Source of the DNA: Pseudomonadota bacterium
GTDB lineage: Bacteria > Pseudomonadota > Gammaproteobacteria > Burkholderiales > Nitrosomonadaceae
Assembly: GCA_018240285.1 (NCBI GenBank)
Contig: JAFEGA010000003.1
Coordinates: 18,097-82,096, forward strand
Length of the DNA stretch: 64,000 nt
Direction of reading: 5' to 3'
In this document: in pieces, positions 60,823 through 64,000 of the stretch
Position numbering within the stretch: position 1 is the first letter of the stretch
Layout of the letters: each line of letters begins with the position of its first letter
Position numbers and translations under genes: made by a program
The notes under the pieces: generated by a model
Databases searched by the model: none
Told to the model about the DNA's origin: nothing
What the model saw: only the letters and a program-made list of their open reading frames with translations

Positions 60823-61971
60823 TTAAATCAGATCGATATCGCGGAAACGCTGTTGTATTTCCAGTACTTTGTCGGCGTTATTTACCAAGGCTTCGACGCA
60901 ATCACGATCCAGCTTGGAATTGGACATTTGCCGCAACATGGCAAACGCTTGCTCATTGCTCCAGGGCGCTTTGTATGAGCGGCGTGATGTGAGCGCGTCG
61001 AACACATCGGCTACCGCGCTGATACGTGCCTCGATTGGAATTTCCTCGCCTTTCAAGCCATTCGGATAACCGCTGCCGTCCACCGCTTCGTGGTGGAATT
61101 CGGCAATATTGCGCAGGATATTGGTGTGGCCGAATGCGCCCAAACCGAAATCTTCCAGCACGGAATCGATTATTTCCCGGCCTTTCACCGGATGTGTCTT
61201 CATGACATCGAATTCCGCCGGATCGAGCCTGCTCGGTTTGCGCAGAATATTGTCCGGAATGCCGATCTTGCCGACATCGTGCATCGGCGAAAAGAGAAAA
61301 ATATGCTCGATTTGTTCGTCGCTGATGCCATAACTTGACGCGAGTTCACGCGCGATCAGGCGGGCGTAGTGCGCAGTGCGGTCGATATGCGAACCGGTTT
61401 CGAGATCGCGGTAATGTGTCATGCTGCGTGCCGCGCGCACTGCGGCAAGCAAAGTGCGAATGGCAGAAAGCTCGTTGATGACCATCAAAGCGATCAAGTG
61501 ACCATAGATGTCGATCTGGCGCAGCGCTGGCGCTTCAAACGGATGCTCTTGCTGCGAATTAAAGAATAAAAAACCGACAAAAATGCCGCTTTGATACAGC
61601 GGCATGGTATAGCTGGATTTATAGCCTTTTGCGGCTATCCGCTTGGTATGCTCATGCGTGCCGTGGGCAAAAATATTCAAATCCTGCACCAAGCGCGGAC
61701 GGCGGTGCTCGATGATGGTACGTAACGAGGGAGCGGCACTGAGCGGCGCTTCATACGTGGTCACTGGATTATCATTACCTTCCGTGCTGTGCGTGTAGGT
61801 TTTGAGCATCTCGGTTTTTTCATCGAACAGCGCAATCGCCAAACGATCGATAAAAGGAAAATCCTGACGGATGATTTGATGCAGAAAACGCAACTTTTCG
61901 GCTAACGGTAGATTTTCATGCAATTTCGCCAGCGTATCCTGGTGGGTGAAAAAGTCTTCTTTCGATTGCAT
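60823..61971 (-). CDS. GAF + HD-GYP c-di-GMP phosphodiesterase
   Basis: ETGSHI.R, MHDVGKIGIPD, HHEAVDGSGYP, DVFDALTS; likely start ATG 61971. Confidence 0.9.
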   Translation of the reverse strand: MQSKEDFFTHQDTLAKLHENLPLAEKLRFLHQIIRQDFPFIDRLAIALFDEKTEMLKTYTHSTEGNDNPVTTYEAPLSAAPSLRTIIEHRRPRLVQDLNIFAHGTHEHTKRIAAKGYKSSYTMPLYQSGIFVGFLFFNSQQEHPFEAPALRQIDIYGHLIALMVINELSAIRTLLAAVRAARSMTHYRDLETGSHIDRTAHYARLIARELASSYGISDEQIEHIFLFSPMHDVGKIGIPDNILRKPSRLDPAEFDVMKTHPVKGREIIDSVLEDFGLGAFGHTNILRNIAEFHHEAVDGSGYPNGLKGEEIPIEARISAVADVFDALTSRRSYKAPWSNEQAFAMLRQMSNSKLDRDCVEALVNNADKVLEIQQRFRDIDLI

Positions 61972-62327
61972 ACAATTCCTTCCGGCGAATAATGATGAAG
62001 GTGACGGCCCGTGAGTAACGACACGGCCATCCGGCAATAAATTCTCCCAGTATTTTAAACGATTTATCGTGAATTCGTGGCGTTGGTTTTTTCTTGCAAT
62101 TTGCCGGATCTGAAAAGAATTGTTCTTCCATAACCGGCTTTATGGATGTGATGTGGCAAATTGTCACGCGGCAATATGCCACATTCCAAAAAGAAATCTT
62201 TCTTCCTACAATTTGTTCAACGCGGTTATTTCAAATCCGGCATGAATCGATAACCGCATTCCATTATTGACTTTAACTGGAAGGAGGATGACAAGCGAAC
62301 GCAACAGCGTACGCTGACATAGACCCT

Positions 62328-63188
62328 ATGAAAACACCTAAACGACTGGAACCATTAATTGAAGAAGGATTAATCGACAGCGTGATTTGCCAGCTCATGA
62401 GCGGCAAGGAAGCGATGATCTATATGGTGCGCAGCGGCGAGCAGGTCCGTTGCGCGAAAGTTTACAAAGAAAGTAATAAATGCAATTTTCATCAGCGCGT
62501 CTGTTATACCGAGGGGCGCAGAATCAAAAACAGCCGCCGCGCCCGTGCGATGGAAAATGGCAGCTTCTACGGCCGCAGCGCACGCGAGGAAGCTTGGCAA
62601 AGTACGGAAGTGGATATGCTGTGCCGCTTGGGGATGGCTGGTGTTCGCGTGCCGAAATTCTATAATTTTTTTGCCGGTGTGCTACTGATGGAACTAATCA
62701 CCGATGCGGAAGGCAATGTAGCACCACGGCTCAATGATATGATCCTGACACCTAAACAAGCGCGCAGCTATCACAAAATTTTGATTCAGCAAATCGTGAC
62801 TATGTTGAACGCGGGAATCGTGCATGGCGATTTGTCGCCTTATAACGTGCTCATCAACAGCCAAGGCCCGGTAATCATCGATTTGCCACAAGCTGTTAAT
62901 GCCGCCAGTAATCATCAGGCACGTTATATGATTAAACGGGATATTGATAATCTGACGGCATTTTTAAGCCGCTTCGCGCCGGAATTAGCGCAATCCGATT
63001 ATGCAAGTGAGATATGGTCCTATTATCAGCATGGAAAGTTGCCTCTGGCGCGCTTAACAGGGCAGATCAAACAAACGATCAAACCCATCAATGTTGCTGA
63101 TGTCCTGCAAGTTATTAATATGGTTATTAAAAAAGAAATTGCCTGGCAGCGCCACAAGCAAACACGATGGAATAATTCTTTGTCCTAG
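62328..63188 (+). CDS. RIO1-family Ser/Thr kinase
   Basis: LMSGKEA, CAKVYK, VHGDLSPYNVL, IIDLPQAV. Confidence 0.9.
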   Translation: MKTPKRLEPLIEEGLIDSVICQLMSGKEAMIYMVRSGEQVRCAKVYKESNKCNFHQRVCYTEGRRIKNSRRARAMENGSFYGRSAREEAWQSTEVDMLCRLGMAGVRVPKFYNFFAGVLLMELITDAEGNVAPRLNDMILTPKQARSYHKILIQQIVTMLNAGIVHGDLSPYNVLINSQGPVIIDLPQAVNAASNHQARYMIKRDIDNLTAFLSRFAPELAQSDYASEIWSYYQHGKLPLARLTGQIKQTIKPINVADVLQVINMVIKKEIAWQRHKQTRWNNSLS

Positions 63189-63232
63189 CGTTCAGAAAAT
63201 AACTCTAGCAACAAAGCCGCAGCAAATGCTCA

Positions 63233-63263
63233 TTGACCTGCATACACCAGCTTGTGTTATAAT
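63233..63263 (+). promoter_or_regulatory. Sigma-70 promoter of tRNA-fMet
   Basis: TGtTATAAT extended -10 (63255-63263), TTGACC 19 bp upstream, 13 bp before the tRNA. Confidence 0.7.
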
Positions 63264-63276
63264 TCCACACTTCTGA

Positions 63277-64000
<724 letters not shown>

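Overview
A 64-kb chromosomal window from a betaproteobacterium. Gene content and the PEP-CTERM style suggest a Nitrosomonas-like ammonia oxidiser, which is an inference. Most of it is core housekeeping: dat-ybeD-lipB-lipA, cytochrome c552, ilvD, lgt, phoBR, ubiE, the mla/yadGH/bolA operon, djlA, malic enzyme, serB, pepA-holC-valS, aroC and hemF. Several c-di-GMP/chemotaxis genes (HDOD, CheV, two GGDEF, HD-GYP) are scattered through it. Four accessory zones stand out. (1) 14.4-21.9 kb: nested IS3 debris, then a ~6.4-kb decayed prophage-like island integrated at tRNA-Ser(GGA), with a 20-bp att repeat and IHF-consensus sites on both arms. Its phage genes are broken, but a higBA module and a two-gene operon (a 147-aa HxH-motif protein plus a TIR protein with an unrecognised N-terminal domain) remain intact. 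This is the best candidate for an undescribed anti-phage system. Both proteins also begin with a motif like the T4 capsid-targeting sequence. (2) 22.5-35.8 kb: a surface-glycan locus combining a DPM1-GtrA-ArnT fusion, an ATP-grasp protein, a KdoO-like hydroxylase, a non-canonical PLD and a Kdn-type nonulosonic-acid pathway. (3) 55.4-57.0 kb: a PEP-CTERM gene and a pseudogene next to tRNA-Phe and tRNA-Arg. (4) The right edge, where a large serine recombinase-like ORF runs antisense into a tRNA-fMet whose CCA reads CCC. No CRISPR array or rRNA was seen. All family assignments come from motif recognition by eye; no searches were run.
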